Both the position numbers and the translations under genes were made by a program. A stretch of 64,000 nt of DNA, taken from the IMG/VR virus record IMGVR_UViG_3300028840_002431, positions 186,001 through 250,000 of that record. The stretch is one strand, 5' to 3'. Position 1 is the stretch's first letter; the number at the start of each line of letters is the position of its first letter. Shown here piece by piece: positions 26,237-34,833 of the stretch. The notes below the pieces were generated by a model. It worked only from the letters and a program-made list of their open reading frames with translations, searched no databases and was not told the DNA's origin.

Positions 26237-26272
26237 GGACCGGCTCCCACGGGTAGGGGGTCGGTCCTTTTT
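26237..26272 (+). terminator. intrinsic terminator
   Basis: GGACCGGCTCCC/GGGGGTCGGTCC stem plus T run at a convergent junction. Confidence 0.8.
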
Positions 26273-27803
26273 AATTCCGGGCGCGGAGAAGTTCTTTGAA
26301 CCGCTCTTGTTTCTCTTCGCGTTCGTGGGGAGGTAGTCTCTTGAAGTACGGGCTACTTTGGAACCACTTTTTGATGGCGTCACGTTGCGTCTTCCACGGC
26401 TCCGCTGCCTCGTAGCGGCTTACCTCTTCTTGTAACGCCGAATCCATCTTTTCTTCGTGCTCTTTCCCTGGCACGTTGATCCCAGCCGCTTCTACCCCTT
26501 TGGCAAATTCCTTCACGGCCTTACGCCACTTGGCTGGCTCTTTCCTTCGGAGAGCACGGAAGAAATCCGTATCCGTGATCCACGTGTCGAAGCTCTTGCG
26601 AGCTTCACCATGCTTACGCACATGGCGGACGAACCTTTCAATCTCGTCAGCCAGTCTTGTGTAAAACTCCTCTTCCCTGAGGGCGTGCGGCTTTCTACCT
26701 CTTGCTGGTGGTTTGACCTCGGTAAGCTCCGCTGCCGGGGTTCCGGCTTCGCTCTTCAAACCCATGAGTTCGGTGAAAACATCTTGACCCATGTGTTGTA
26801 GCTCGTGCCGTAGAGTTCGTAAGGTTTCGGCCACGGCTTCCCGGAACTTCTTCACCCAGTACCTATGGGCGAACCCCATGGTCGATAAGCTCCCTATCGT
26901 CCTTACGTCCACCCGTAGCTCCCTTTTGAATTGCCACCACGTCCCTACGGATTTTTCGTACGGCTTGAAATTCAGAACGACCTTTATCTCTTGCCAGCCT
27001 TTGACCTTCAAGGCCGTGGCGATAATCCGGTCGGTAGCTTTTATCGGCGGCTCCCCTTCTTCGTAGTGCCGCTTGATGTCGCGCAAGTACTTCCACCCAC
27101 GGAGATCAACGGGGAACGATCGCTGTGCCCGCGCCCTGTACGCCTTGGCTGTTGGGGTGTACTTCTTACACTCCCGTTCGAGTAGCAATAGCTCAACGAT
27201 CTGGGCATCCAACTTCGCTGGTTCTTGTTCGCCACCGGGTGTGACCCCCTCGAAGAAGGACAACTTCCGCTCGATTCGTTTCCTAACGTAGTCGGCCACT
27301 TCTTCGGCGGTCCCTGTCTGTCCAGGTGCCCCGTAGTTGATCAGAAAGTTGAGTTGTTTGCCCCCGCTTCTGGGTGTCTCGCCTACCTCGTAGACAGGTT
27401 CGTAGTCTGGTTCCGGCTTCAAGGGCGGATGGACGTAGACCTGTGCCCTTGGCCGCTTGGGGTCGTACCACGTGTCCTTCTTTCGCCGCACGCCGATATA
27501 CTTCACACGACCGTACCTTCTCGCGTACATCGGGTATTTGATCGTCTTGCCGGACGGAAGCCTCTTGATATCCCGTTCGACAGAAGCCAGCGCTCCCTCC
27601 ATCTCCTTGATTTGTCGATCCACACTGCTCTCGGTGGCACGGAGTTCGTCTAGCTGTTTCTCAACACGTGCCAGGACGTGACCGGCGTAGATCTTGGTGA
27701 ACCAATCACCGATCTCTTCCAGCATGGCCGGGGGAGCCTCGAAAACCCCGGCTTGCCTGTGTTGTGTCATGTAGCGAAACGCTACTCGGTGAGACAGATC
27801 CAT
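26271..27803 (-). CDS. HExxH zincin-motif protein (paralog A)
   Basis: LRHELQH...LREEEFY; N-terminal SHRVAFRY. Confidence 0.75.
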   Translation of the reverse strand: MDLSHRVAFRYMTQHRQAGVFEAPPAMLEEIGDWFTKIYAGHVLARVEKQLDELRATESSVDRQIKEMEGALASVERDIKRLPSGKTIKYPMYARRYGRVKYIGVRRKKDTWYDPKRPRAQVYVHPPLKPEPDYEPVYEVGETPRSGGKQLNFLINYGAPGQTGTAEEVADYVRKRIERKLSFFEGVTPGGEQEPAKLDAQIVELLLLERECKKYTPTAKAYRARAQRSFPVDLRGWKYLRDIKRHYEEGEPPIKATDRIIATALKVKGWQEIKVVLNFKPYEKSVGTWWQFKRELRVDVRTIGSLSTMGFAHRYWVKKFREAVAETLRTLRHELQHMGQDVFTELMGLKSEAGTPAAELTEVKPPARGRKPHALREEEFYTRLADEIERFVRHVRKHGEARKSFDTWITDTDFFRALRRKEPAKWRKAVKEFAKGVEAAGINVPGKEHEEKMDSALQEEVSRYEAAEPWKTQRDAIKKWFQSSPYFKRLPPHEREEKQERFKELLRARN

Positions 27804-27804
27804 A

Positions 27805-28974
27805 TCACTTTCCGGGTATCCTGATTCCAGCGTCTTCTAACCCTTTTACAAATTCCTTAACGGCTTTGCGCCATTTGGCTGGCTCGTGTTTACGGAGTTC
27901 CCCGAAGAACTCGCCCTCTATCCAGTTGTCGAACATTTCCCGCAGATCCGGGTCGTCGAATCTTTTCAGCCATGTCATGAAGTCGTCAACCGCGTCGGCA
28001 ATCTGAGGGTAGAACTCCTCTTCTCGAAGCTCCCATTGCTTCCGTTCTCGTGACGGCGCGGTCAGCTTCTGGGCGGGTACCCCGGCTTTACCGCCTAACG
28101 AGAGTAAGCCGCCAAGCACATCCTGACCGACGTGTTGTAACTCGTGGCGTAATGTCCGTAAGGTTTCCCCAAGCCCTTCTTCAAAGTCTTCCCCCGACCA
28201 GCCGTGGCGTTGAGCGTCCACGGTAAGCTCCTTTTTCCACCACGTCCAGTCGCCCGAACTCTTTGCACGCGCCTGGAAGTTGAGGACGACCGTAATCTTA
28301 TCCCACTCGTCCTCTTTGAGCCATTTCTTGAGAGCGCTGGGTCCGAACGATTTACCCGGATTAATCTTTTCAAAGCCTCGTTCAAGCCTGTCCAGATAGC
28401 GCCAGCCTGTGAGATCGACGTGAAACACCTTCTTTGCCTTCGACTTGTATCTCTTGGCGCGTGAGGTGTATTTCTGACACTCTTTTTTGAAACTCTCAGC
28501 CGCCGCGATTTCGTCTTTCGCGTCCTCGACCTCTTCTTTCTCCACTTCTTTCAACCCTCTTTTCACTAGGCTCCGGACCTTCGGTACCACTTTTGCTCTC
28601 GGTAACAGGGTCTTGCTATAGACAATCCGGTCCTCTCCCTGGCCGATCTGGTAGGCGTCTCCCTTCCGACGAATGGCAAGGGTCTCCCAGCCGCCGTAGT
28701 GCCAGATTTCATAGCGTAAGGTCTTCTTGTCGGGTAGGGCCTTGATGTCGGCGGCCAGCGAACCAAGAATGGCCTTGTGTTTCTCGGCGGACTCCCGTCC
28801 TCGTTCGAGCCAGCGGTGCCGCTTCTCCAGGTCGGCCTCGATCTTCGCCAGTACGTTGCCAGCGTACAGTTGCTGGACCCACTCACTGATGGTTTTCACC
28901 ATGGCCGGGGGAGCCTGGAAAGTTCCGGCCCGCTTCTCCGTGTAGCGGGCGACCACTCGGTGTGACAGGTTCAT
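27805..28974 (-). CDS. HExxH zincin-motif protein (paralog B)
   Basis: start MNLSHRVVARY inferred from similarity to paralog A; LRHELQH...LREEEFY. Confidence 0.75.
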   Translation of the reverse strand: MNLSHRVVARYTEKRAGTFQAPPAMVKTISEWVQQLYAGNVLAKIEADLEKRHRWLERGRESAEKHKAILGSLAADIKALPDKKTLRYEIWHYGGWETLAIRRKGDAYQIGQGEDRIVYSKTLLPRAKVVPKVRSLVKRGLKEVEKEEVEDAKDEIAAAESFKKECQKYTSRAKRYKSKAKKVFHVDLTGWRYLDRLERGFEKINPGKSFGPSALKKWLKEDEWDKITVVLNFQARAKSSGDWTWWKKELTVDAQRHGWSGEDFEEGLGETLRTLRHELQHVGQDVLGGLLSLGGKAGVPAQKLTAPSRERKQWELREEEFYPQIADAVDDFMTWLKRFDDPDLREMFDNWIEGEFFGELRKHEPAKWRKAVKEFVKGLEDAGIRIPGK

Positions 28975-29012
28975 CACCAGAGCGTTAGGATAAGAGGAGT
29001 AGAGAGACACCC

Positions 29013-29516
29013 TCAGTAGGAGTAGAGGGCGTCCAGGGCCTTCTTGTGGGCCACTCTGTAGTGAGCGTCGGAGCACTTCTGACAGTACAGGCCGGGCTTG
29101 CCCTTGATCCGGCGAAACCGCTTGGAGGTCTTGATCTGTTTCTTGCCGCACTTGGCGCAGATTCGCTTCGTGGAGAGAGCCTCGATCGGCTCGGTTCCGG
29201 CCTCTCCCGGCCTCTGTACGGCCCCGATGTAGAGATAACCGTAAGAAGCGTTGGTGCAAGCTTCCAGGCGGTATACGCCCTCTTCGAACACCAGGACGGT
29301 GTCGGCGTCCGACGTGGACAGGGAAACGTCCTGGACCTCTTCTCGGAGCCAGGGTAGCGCCCGCTTGTTGATCCAGTCGAAGAAGCGCTCGTCGCCGCCC
29401 TCACCGGACTGACGGTTGAACACCAAGTCGATGTAATAGTCCCGGCTGGAACCCTGATAGATCGCCCGCGCTCCCCAGTGTGCCACCTTCTCGCCTTCGA
29501 TGGGTCTTCCAAACAT
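29013..29516 (-). CDS. hypothetical protein with C-terminal Zn finger
   Basis: NASYGYLYIGA; CAKC...CQKC; SD GGAGG. Confidence 0.75.
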   Translation of the reverse strand: MFGRPIEGEKVAHWGARAIYQGSSRDYYIDLVFNRQSGEGGDERFFDWINKRALPWLREEVQDVSLSTSDADTVLVFEEGVYRLEACTNASYGYLYIGAVQRPGEAGTEPIEALSTKRICAKCGKKQIKTSKRFRRIKGKPGLYCQKCSDAHYRVAHKKALDALYSY

Positions 29517-29541
29517 GTTTCGCTCCCTCCTTATACCCGGC

Positions 29542-29568
29542 CTACCGGCAAGCCTGACTGAATCTAAG
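29542..29568 (-). promoter_or_regulatory. class A promoter-like motif
   Basis: CTTAGA-N17-GTAG. Confidence 0.65.
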
Positions 29569-29833
29569 ATTTATTTTTCGCCTCCGGTACGTCGTTGATG
29601 TCCACTTCGGACCAGTAACCTCCTGGACCGGCCCAACAGACGCTCGGGTTCTGACACTCAGAATCGCCGGGCCGGAAGGCACCACTGAGAAGATGAGCAA
29701 CCTTTACGCGGTAGGTCTTCCCGGCAGGTTTAGGTTCCCGGCCCACGGTTCTGACCATCACCCCTTTCTTGATCGTGACCATCTGTCCGGGCTTGATCGG
29801 AAGAGTCCGTTTGTCGTGGAAGCCCTCGAACAT
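29564..29833 (-). CDS. hypothetical protein
   Basis: SD GGAGG; ends KNKS inside the next motif. Confidence 0.7.
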   Translation of the reverse strand: MFEGFHDKRTLPIKPGQMVTIKKGVMVRTVGREPKPAGKTYRVKVAHLLSGAFRPGDSECQNPSVCWAGPGGYWSEVDINDVPEAKNKS

Positions 29834-30066
29834 TATGGAACCTCCTGGGCCTCGTAAGCGCCCGGTAGAATCTCGATTGGCGGCATCCCCCGCTCCTTGC
29901 GGACCTCGTTGCCACGCTCCACACAGTCCCGGCAGATCCCCTCCCTCTTGCCGTTCGGGTCCGGCTTCCCGTGAGCGTTCACTCGGACTGACGGGACCAG
30001 TTCAGGGTTGAATGAGAAAGGGTTGCCGCACACGATACACGGGGCCATCACGAACATGTAGGACAT
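29833..30066 (-). CDS. hypothetical Zn-binding protein
   Basis: CIVC...CRDC. Confidence 0.7.
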   Translation of the reverse strand: MSYMFVMAPCIVCGNPFSFNPELVPSVRVNAHGKPDPNGKREGICRDCVERGNEVRKERGMPPIEILPGAYEAQEVP

Positions 30067-30209
30067 TAGAGCACCTGTTCTTCCATCAGCCGACGGAGCT
30101 TATCCTTGGCCCTCTTGAGCCGACGATCCTTCATCGGGCCGCCCTTCTTGGCAATGGCCGCCTCGACGTGAGGATTGCGCCTCTTCGGCTCTTTTCGTGG
30201 CTTGGGCAT
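30066..30209 (-). CDS. small basic protein (47 aa)
   Basis: ATG 7 nt after class A motif; MPKPRKEPKRRNPHV... Confidence 0.65.
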   Translation of the reverse strand: MPKPRKEPKRRNPHVEAAIAKKGGPMKDRRLKRAKDKLRRLMEEQVL

Positions 30210-30216
30210 ACCCTTA

Positions 30217-30243
30217 CTACGCATGAGCCTAGCGTAATCTAAA
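30217..30243 (-). promoter_or_regulatory. class A promoter-like motif
   Basis: TTTAGA-N17-GTAG-N7-ATG. Confidence 0.7.
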
Positions 30244-30258
30244 TCTTAAATTGTGCCG

Positions 30259-30855
30259 CTACTTCCCTAAGACCATTTCACGGGTGTCGAGGGGTATGAA
30301 CGCCCCCAGGCCCTTTTTGACCAACATCTCGAAGAACTCTTTCACATAAGGGCCGAGATCACTGACTGGCCCGGAGGCCAACCAACCGGCCTGTGGGAAG
30401 TTGATTTCGTCAGAAGGCCGGTCGCGCAAGAGCAAACCGTTCAGGTGGTTGGCTGCCTGGGGCGAGAGATCCAACTTGATACGCTTGGGGTGATCGTCGT
30501 CCTTAGGCGGCGGCCGACGCAGCTTAGACCGCCACTGTTGACCGCCCCTGTCGTATTCATCGGCCGGGCCGATCCAGATGCTGGGCTTACCGTCCATAAA
30601 GCTCCAGCGTGTGGGGTCCAGGACACGACCGTCGTCGAGAACAACCCAACCGTGCTGAATGAATGGGTGTCCTTTGCGAGAACCCCAGTACCCCTTCTTA
30701 CTGACAGGGCCTAGGTAGTGACCGTAGGCAACCGTTCCCGTCTTCAAGAGCTTCTGAGCCGCCGTGGCAACCGCATAACAGTTACCGTGCCACTTCTCGG
30801 GAGGGGCCTTGAGTGCTTTGGCCACCTGCTTAATCGTGAGATTTTCGGGTTTCAT
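30259..30855 (-). CDS. hypothetical protein, possible transglutaminase/papain-like triad
   Basis: GNCY...HGWV...DPT; SD GAGG. Confidence 0.6.
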   Translation of the reverse strand: MKPENLTIKQVAKALKAPPEKWHGNCYAVATAAQKLLKTGTVAYGHYLGPVSKKGYWGSRKGHPFIQHGWVVLDDGRVLDPTRWSFMDGKPSIWIGPADEYDRGGQQWRSKLRRPPPKDDDHPKRIKLDLSPQAANHLNGLLLRDRPSDEINFPQAGWLASGPVSDLGPYVKEFFEMLVKKGLGAFIPLDTREMVLGK

Positions 30856-31052
30856 TTCCACACCTCTCTCAGCACGAGGAGCCAAGAAGCGAACAAGGCC
30901 AGTAAAGCGATTTCCCTGGTGTCTGCGTCGTTTAGCCACACCAGAACGAACAGGAGGGCCACGGTCCCGCCAATCTTCGCCGCCCAGTTCACCAGTTGCC
31001 AAGGGCTTTCGCCCGCGTCCCGTTTAATCCACCTTTTCCATGGACCGCTCAT
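30852..31052 (-). CDS. small membrane protein
   Basis: two hydrophobic segments. Confidence 0.6.
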   Translation of the reverse strand: MSGPWKRWIKRDAGESPWQLVNWAAKIGGTVALLFVLVWLNDADTREIALLALFASWLLVLREVWK

Positions 31053-31252
31053 GTCCCCGTGTCTCCACTCACAATCTTACGAGCGTGTCGCATGAGATCG
31101 CTGAGCCGCTTGCGGGCAGAGACGATGTAGCCTTCTGAGTTGAAGAGTAAGAACTTGCCCGCGTTGCTGCCGACCCCGGTCTCGATCACATGGCCAGTCT
31201 TCTTGTGGCGGATGCTGACGGTCCACCCTTCCCAATCTGGATGCTTAGCCAC
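31049..31252 (-). CDS. hypothetical protein
   Basis: GTG start with SD GGAGG. Confidence 0.55.
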   Translation of the reverse strand: MAKHPDWEGWTVSIRHKKTGHVIETGVGSNAGKFLLFNSEGYIVSARKRLSDLMRHARKIVSGDTGT

Positions 31253-31505
31253 CTTTTGCCTCCGTGACTGTGACCGTCCCTTCCGGAAGGTCGCCAAACA
31301 TGGTCTTGATCCAGGACTCAGCGTAACCCCTCTGGGTCTCGACAGAGAAGATGGGAGGGTACATTCCCGGCTCACCCTTCGACATCTTGGGGAAGGGTGA
31401 CGGACACGACTTGTCCAACTCGAACGTGATCCGGTCTGCCCCGGAGCGCTGTCGGAGAATGTGAATCTTGACTACCTGGAAGCCGCCGATGGTGAGTTCG
31501 AACAT
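31245..31505 (-). CDS. hypothetical protein
   Basis: TAATG coupling to the ligase ORF. Confidence 0.65.
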   Translation of the reverse strand: MFELTIGGFQVVKIHILRQRSGADRITFELDKSCPSPFPKMSKGEPGMYPPIFSVETQRGYAESWIKTMFGDLPEGTVTVTEAKGG

Positions 31506-32050
31506 TACCCCTCCGGAAAACGATACTTGAACTGACTCGAAACCTTGGTTGTGGAACGCGGCCCCCAGAAGTTGGTTGCCTGTAAATTCTTCCAGACGAT
31601 CCCTTCCAGCATGGGATCGTCGGCTTGTTCCAGGAACCGTTTGTAGTCGGTAGCCGGGAACGACTCGACACACGAAACCGTGTACCCAAGACGGCACACC
31701 GGTTCGCTGAGAGAGCCTTCCAAGTGATGTAGACGTGGGCCGTAGTGGGTCTTGAAAACACGCTCACCGGCCAGAAGAGCATAGTCCCATACGAAAATCC
31801 GACCGTCCCTGAGCAGTTCACCATCACCGAACCAGGGGTGGGCCAGCGGGAGTTCGGAGAGCCAGTCCCACTCGGGTAGAAACCACTCGCGCTTCTCCCG
31901 GCTAAAGAGTCGAACCTTGCCGTTGCAGTCGATCTCGATCCGCTTCCCGTTCCACTTCGGTTGTAGGACCCAGTTTTTCAGGTCCCCAAGCTCTGGGATC
32001 AACTTCTCGATGTTGAAAATCTCGATCGGTTTGTTAGGGAAAAAGAACAT
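31505..32050 (-). CDS. minimal ATP-dependent ligase-like nucleotidyltransferase
   Basis: motif I QPKWNGKR, III DGEL, IIIa VWD, IV EGIVWK, V QFKYR; no OB domain. Confidence 0.75.
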   Translation of the reverse strand: MFFFPNKPIEIFNIEKLIPELGDLKNWVLQPKWNGKRIEIDCNGKVRLFSREKREWFLPEWDWLSELPLAHPWFGDGELLRDGRIFVWDYALLAGERVFKTHYGPRLHHLEGSLSEPVCRLGYTVSCVESFPATDYKRFLEQADDPMLEGIVWKNLQATNFWGPRSTTKVSSQFKYRFPEG

Positions 32051-32058
32051 TACCTCTT

Positions 32059-32085
32059 CTACAGTTGAGGGTGGCGAAATCTAAA
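32059..32085 (-). promoter_or_regulatory. class A promoter-like motif
   Basis: TTTAGA-N17-GTAG-N8-ATG. Confidence 0.7.
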
Positions 32086-32407
32086 TCTCGTAAATCGCGG
32101 AGTACCAACAGGTACACTGTTCGGCGTACAGACCGGCCGGTCGGAGAGCGTCGTTCATCTCCTCGACTAGGGTGTATTGCTCGTAGTCCCAACTGAAAAA
32201 CGGGGCCACGTCACCGCCGTCGTGAACCACGACCAGCTTCGACTCCCGGCCGTATTTTTCACCCCGGTCGGTCCATTCCTCCGGGCTGTAGAAAGCCTTG
32301 CAGCCGCCCGTGTCGGTTCTCCTATGCTTGCGGAGAACCTCCATGACGATCTCGTGGGCCTTGTTGCCCTTCTCGCTGAGTCCTTCCGGTCTTTCCAATG
32401 TGGCCAT
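32081..32407 (-). CDS. hypothetical protein
   Basis: SD AGGAGG. Confidence 0.75.
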   Translation of the reverse strand: MATLERPEGLSEKGNKAHEIVMEVLRKHRRTDTGGCKAFYSPEEWTDRGEKYGRESKLVVVHDGGDVAPFFSWDYEQYTLVEEMNDALRPAGLYAEQCTCWYSAIYEI

Positions 32408-32427
32408 TTCTTTGCCTCCTACCTGGA

Positions 32428-32454
32428 TTACAGATAGACGGCCGCTAACCTAAA
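32428..32454 (-). promoter_or_regulatory. class A promoter-like motif
   Basis: TTTAGG-N17-GTAA. Confidence 0.6.
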
Positions 32455-32456
32455 AC

Positions 32457-32786
32457 TTAAATTCGATGCTCACCCGTGGCACGAAGGTTCTCGACGATGC
32501 CTTCAAGCTCGTCCAAGATCTCGGCCATCCGGTCCATCCGGTCCTTGTGTTGTTCTGTGGCCTTCTCGAAGCCAAGGGGGCCGGGAAAGAACTCGTTACC
32601 GTCGGCTGTGGCCGCCCCTCCCTCAGGGTAGTCTTGAGGCTCTGGGGCGTTCTTTCGCAGTGCCTGATAACCGGTGAAACACGCCTCATAGGCATCGTAG
32701 AAACGTTTGTAGAGGACCTTGGGTTGCGTCCCTTTGGGGTTGAACTTCGGAACGAGCACGCGCTTTTTTGCTTCGTCTACGGGCAT
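32457..32786 (-). CDS. hypothetical protein
   Basis: coupled ORF. Confidence 0.7.
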   Translation of the reverse strand: MPVDEAKKRVLVPKFNPKGTQPKVLYKRFYDAYEACFTGYQALRKNAPEPQDYPEGGAATADGNEFFPGPLGFEKATEQHKDRMDRMAEILDELEGIVENLRATGEHRI

Positions 32787-32998
32787 TATCCTATTCCCCT
32801 CTTGATCAGTTCTTCGATGAAGGTTCGGGCGGGCACGTGGTCCGGCTCACCGCAGCGGCAGCACTTCTTACACTCCTCGCAGGACCGGCAAACCGTCCCG
32901 GCTTGCTTGTACGTTCGGCCGCAACCAGGGCACGTGATGTACTCTTTGGGGACACGGTACTCTTCGTCCAGGTTGTGTTCTCTGGTGTCGCGGTCCAT
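32786..32998 (-). CDS. Cys-rich Zn-binding protein
   Basis: CPGC...CRSCEECKKCCRC. Confidence 0.65.
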   Translation of the reverse strand: MDRDTREHNLDEEYRVPKEYITCPGCGRTYKQAGTVCRSCEECKKCCRCGEPDHVPARTFIEELIKRGIG

Positions 32999-33178
32999 TT
33001 ATCCCGCCGCCCGGCGTTTGACCTTCTCCGCGATCTCCCGCTTGGCCATCTCGTCGCGGAGAGGGCTTTCCAGGATCTTGAACGCTCTCTCCGTGGCCGC
33101 GTAGGGGTCGTAGTCGGCGTTGATAACCAGAGCGACGGCTATGTTTTCCGCTCGTTGGTCTATGTCATCGATCTTCAT
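32999..33178 (-). CDS. hypothetical protein
   Basis: coupled ORF. Confidence 0.6.
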   Translation of the reverse strand: MKIDDIDQRAENIAVALVINADYDPYAATERAFKILESPLRDEMAKREIAEKVKRRAAG

Positions 33179-33402
33179 ACGTCTATCTCCCGTCCAGCCT
33201 CGGTCAACTTCCACCGAAAGGTCGGTCCCGGCGCTCGCGTCTTGCGGTCGATGTGCTCCTGAAAGACGAGGCCCCGCTTCATCAGGGAAGCCATGATTCG
33301 ATTGGTCTCAGAATAAGTGCCCCACGTCCCTATGAAATAACCGTCTTTGTGGCCTTTCATGTGACGGATGACAGCCTTCTGGTTGGTGCCCAGTCTCATC
33401 AC
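33175..33402 (-). CDS. winged-helix-like protein
   Basis: SLMKRGLV...WKLTEAGRE. Confidence 0.6.
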   Translation of the reverse strand: MMRLGTNQKAVIRHMKGHKDGYFIGTWGTYSETNRIMASLMKRGLVFQEHIDRKTRAPGPTFRWKLTEAGREIDV

Positions 33403-33689
33403 AACTCCAGTAGTAGCTCTTCGTATGCCTTCTGGACCTTCAGGAACTCCTCGTGAGATCCGCCCTGGTCCGGGTGAGCCTTGAACGCCGCACGCCTGAA
33501 CGCTGCCTTCAATTCAGGGCCGGTCGGCGTGGCGCTGAGTCCCAAGATCCGAAGATTCTCGGAGACGGTTGTGTCTTCGAGAGCCAGCTTGGCCAGCTTC
33601 TTGGCTTTGCGCGACCACTCGGAAGCCGACCCGAAGCCCTCTTCGGACGGGTCGTAGGTTGGGTAGTCTTCGGGTCTCGGGAATGCCAT
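33399..33689 (-). CDS. J-domain (DnaJ-like) protein
   Basis: ILGL...ELKAAFRRAAFKAHPDQGGS.EEF..V..AYE.L. Confidence 0.85.
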   Translation of the reverse strand: MAFPRPEDYPTYDPSEEGFGSASEWSRKAKKLAKLALEDTTVSENLRILGLSATPTGPELKAAFRRAAFKAHPDQGGSHEEFLKVQKAYEELLLEL

Positions 33690-33871
33690 TACTTGGACTC
33701 TTTCGCCATGGCGACCTCTGCGTCGCCAGTCCACTCACAGTTGCCCAGAAGCGAGCACTCGCGGCACGCCTTTTGGAGCGAGCCGTCTCGGTTTGACACC
33801 CTGATCCAGGGTTTGTATGCCTTGCAGTGCTTGGCTGTCTCGGTAACGATCTTGTCGTCGTTGATAGTCAT
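33689..33871 (-). CDS. hypothetical Cys-rich protein
   Basis: CRECSLLGNC. Confidence 0.55.
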   Translation of the reverse strand: MTINDDKIVTETAKHCKAYKPWIRVSNRDGSLQKACRECSLLGNCEWTGDAEVAMAKESK

Positions 33872-33883
33872 GGTCAGCGGCTC

Positions 33884-34162
33884 TCAGCGGCTCTTGTTCA
33901 GGGCTTGCTCACCCGGCGAACCCAACTGGCGAAGGGCGGGGAGCATGGCGGTGAGGTGCTTACAGCGACGGTGGCGAATCCAGCCCATGCACGAACACTC
34001 CCACTGACCGTGGGTAGAACCACCGGTTGCGCGTTGGGCGACCGTGTAGAGCCGGTTGCTGGTACCGGACTTGATGTGCATCCGGTTGATGTGGGTCCTG
34101 TTGTCCGGAAGCGTCTCGGTCCCGAACTCTTCTGCGATTTGTTTGATGATTGCGTGTGCCAT
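33884..34162 (-). CDS. SWIM zinc-finger protein
   Basis: WECSC...CKH; ATG 7 nt after class A motif. Confidence 0.8.
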   Translation of the reverse strand: MAHAIIKQIAEEFGTETLPDNRTHINRMHIKSGTSNRLYTVAQRATGGSTHGQWECSCMGWIRHRRCKHLTAMLPALRQLGSPGEQALNKSR

Positions 34163-34169
34163 ACCCGGT

Positions 34170-34196
34170 CTACTCCTGTGCTCTGGTGAATCTAAA
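34170..34196 (-). promoter_or_regulatory. class A promoter-like motif
   Basis: TTTAGA-N17-GTAG-N7-ATG. Confidence 0.7.
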
Positions 34197-34512
34197 GATT
34201 ATTTTCGTTTGGCTTCCAGAGGTCCAGGGCCTTCCGGACCTTCTCGTTGACCTTCCGCCATGCCCCGGTTGTAGGGAGTCCGCCTCGCCATTCCGTCACG
34301 GCCCTGAAGACGACCTTCATCTGACCTTCTGACAGCCGGACTCGGACGATTTCGGGGTTCCCGGCCGTGTATGCCTTTCGAACCTTCCGGAGCGTGTTCT
34401 CCCGAACGATGGCCAAGTCCTTGTCGAGCGTTTGTGTCCACGTGAGCGCCCGAAGAACCAACTCGGCCTGGGTCCGGGTGAACTCTAACTCGAATGTCTT
34501 TCTGGGTCGCAT
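34192..34512 (-). CDS. hypothetical protein
   Basis: two loosely repeated halves. Confidence 0.65.
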   Translation of the reverse strand: MRPRKTFELEFTRTQAELVLRALTWTQTLDKDLAIVRENTLRKVRKAYTAGNPEIVRVRLSEGQMKVVFRAVTEWRGGLPTTGAWRKVNEKVRKALDLWKPNENNL

Positions 34513-34620
34513 GGTGTTAGCTGCCGCTGATCTTGGTTCGGAGTGCAGTTCCCGGAGTCCAGCGGCAAACCCCGTATCGGCCGTCTCTTACGCTGCACAC
34601 AGTTAGAGACGGAGCGAAAG

Positions 34621-34833
34621 TCATCGTCGCCACCTGGGATCAGGCCAGAGGTCGATCTCGAAGATGTCGGCCAGATTCAACATGGCTTCCCGCTCACCGT
34701 AGGCGACCGCCTCATCCGTGTCGCCGGAAAGCTGAGCCGTCCCGTTATCCGGGTCGAAGTCGTACTTGTCTTGGATCGCGTCCAGGCGTTTCTGGAGAGT
34801 TTCTTTGAGCGTATATTTTGAGAATCGTGCCAT
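34621..34833 (-). CDS. hypothetical protein
   Basis: TAATG coupling (MARFSKY). Confidence 0.6.
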   Translation of the reverse strand: MARFSKYTLKETLQKRLDAIQDKYDFDPDNGTAQLSGDTDEAVAYGEREAMLNLADIFEIDLWPDPRWRR

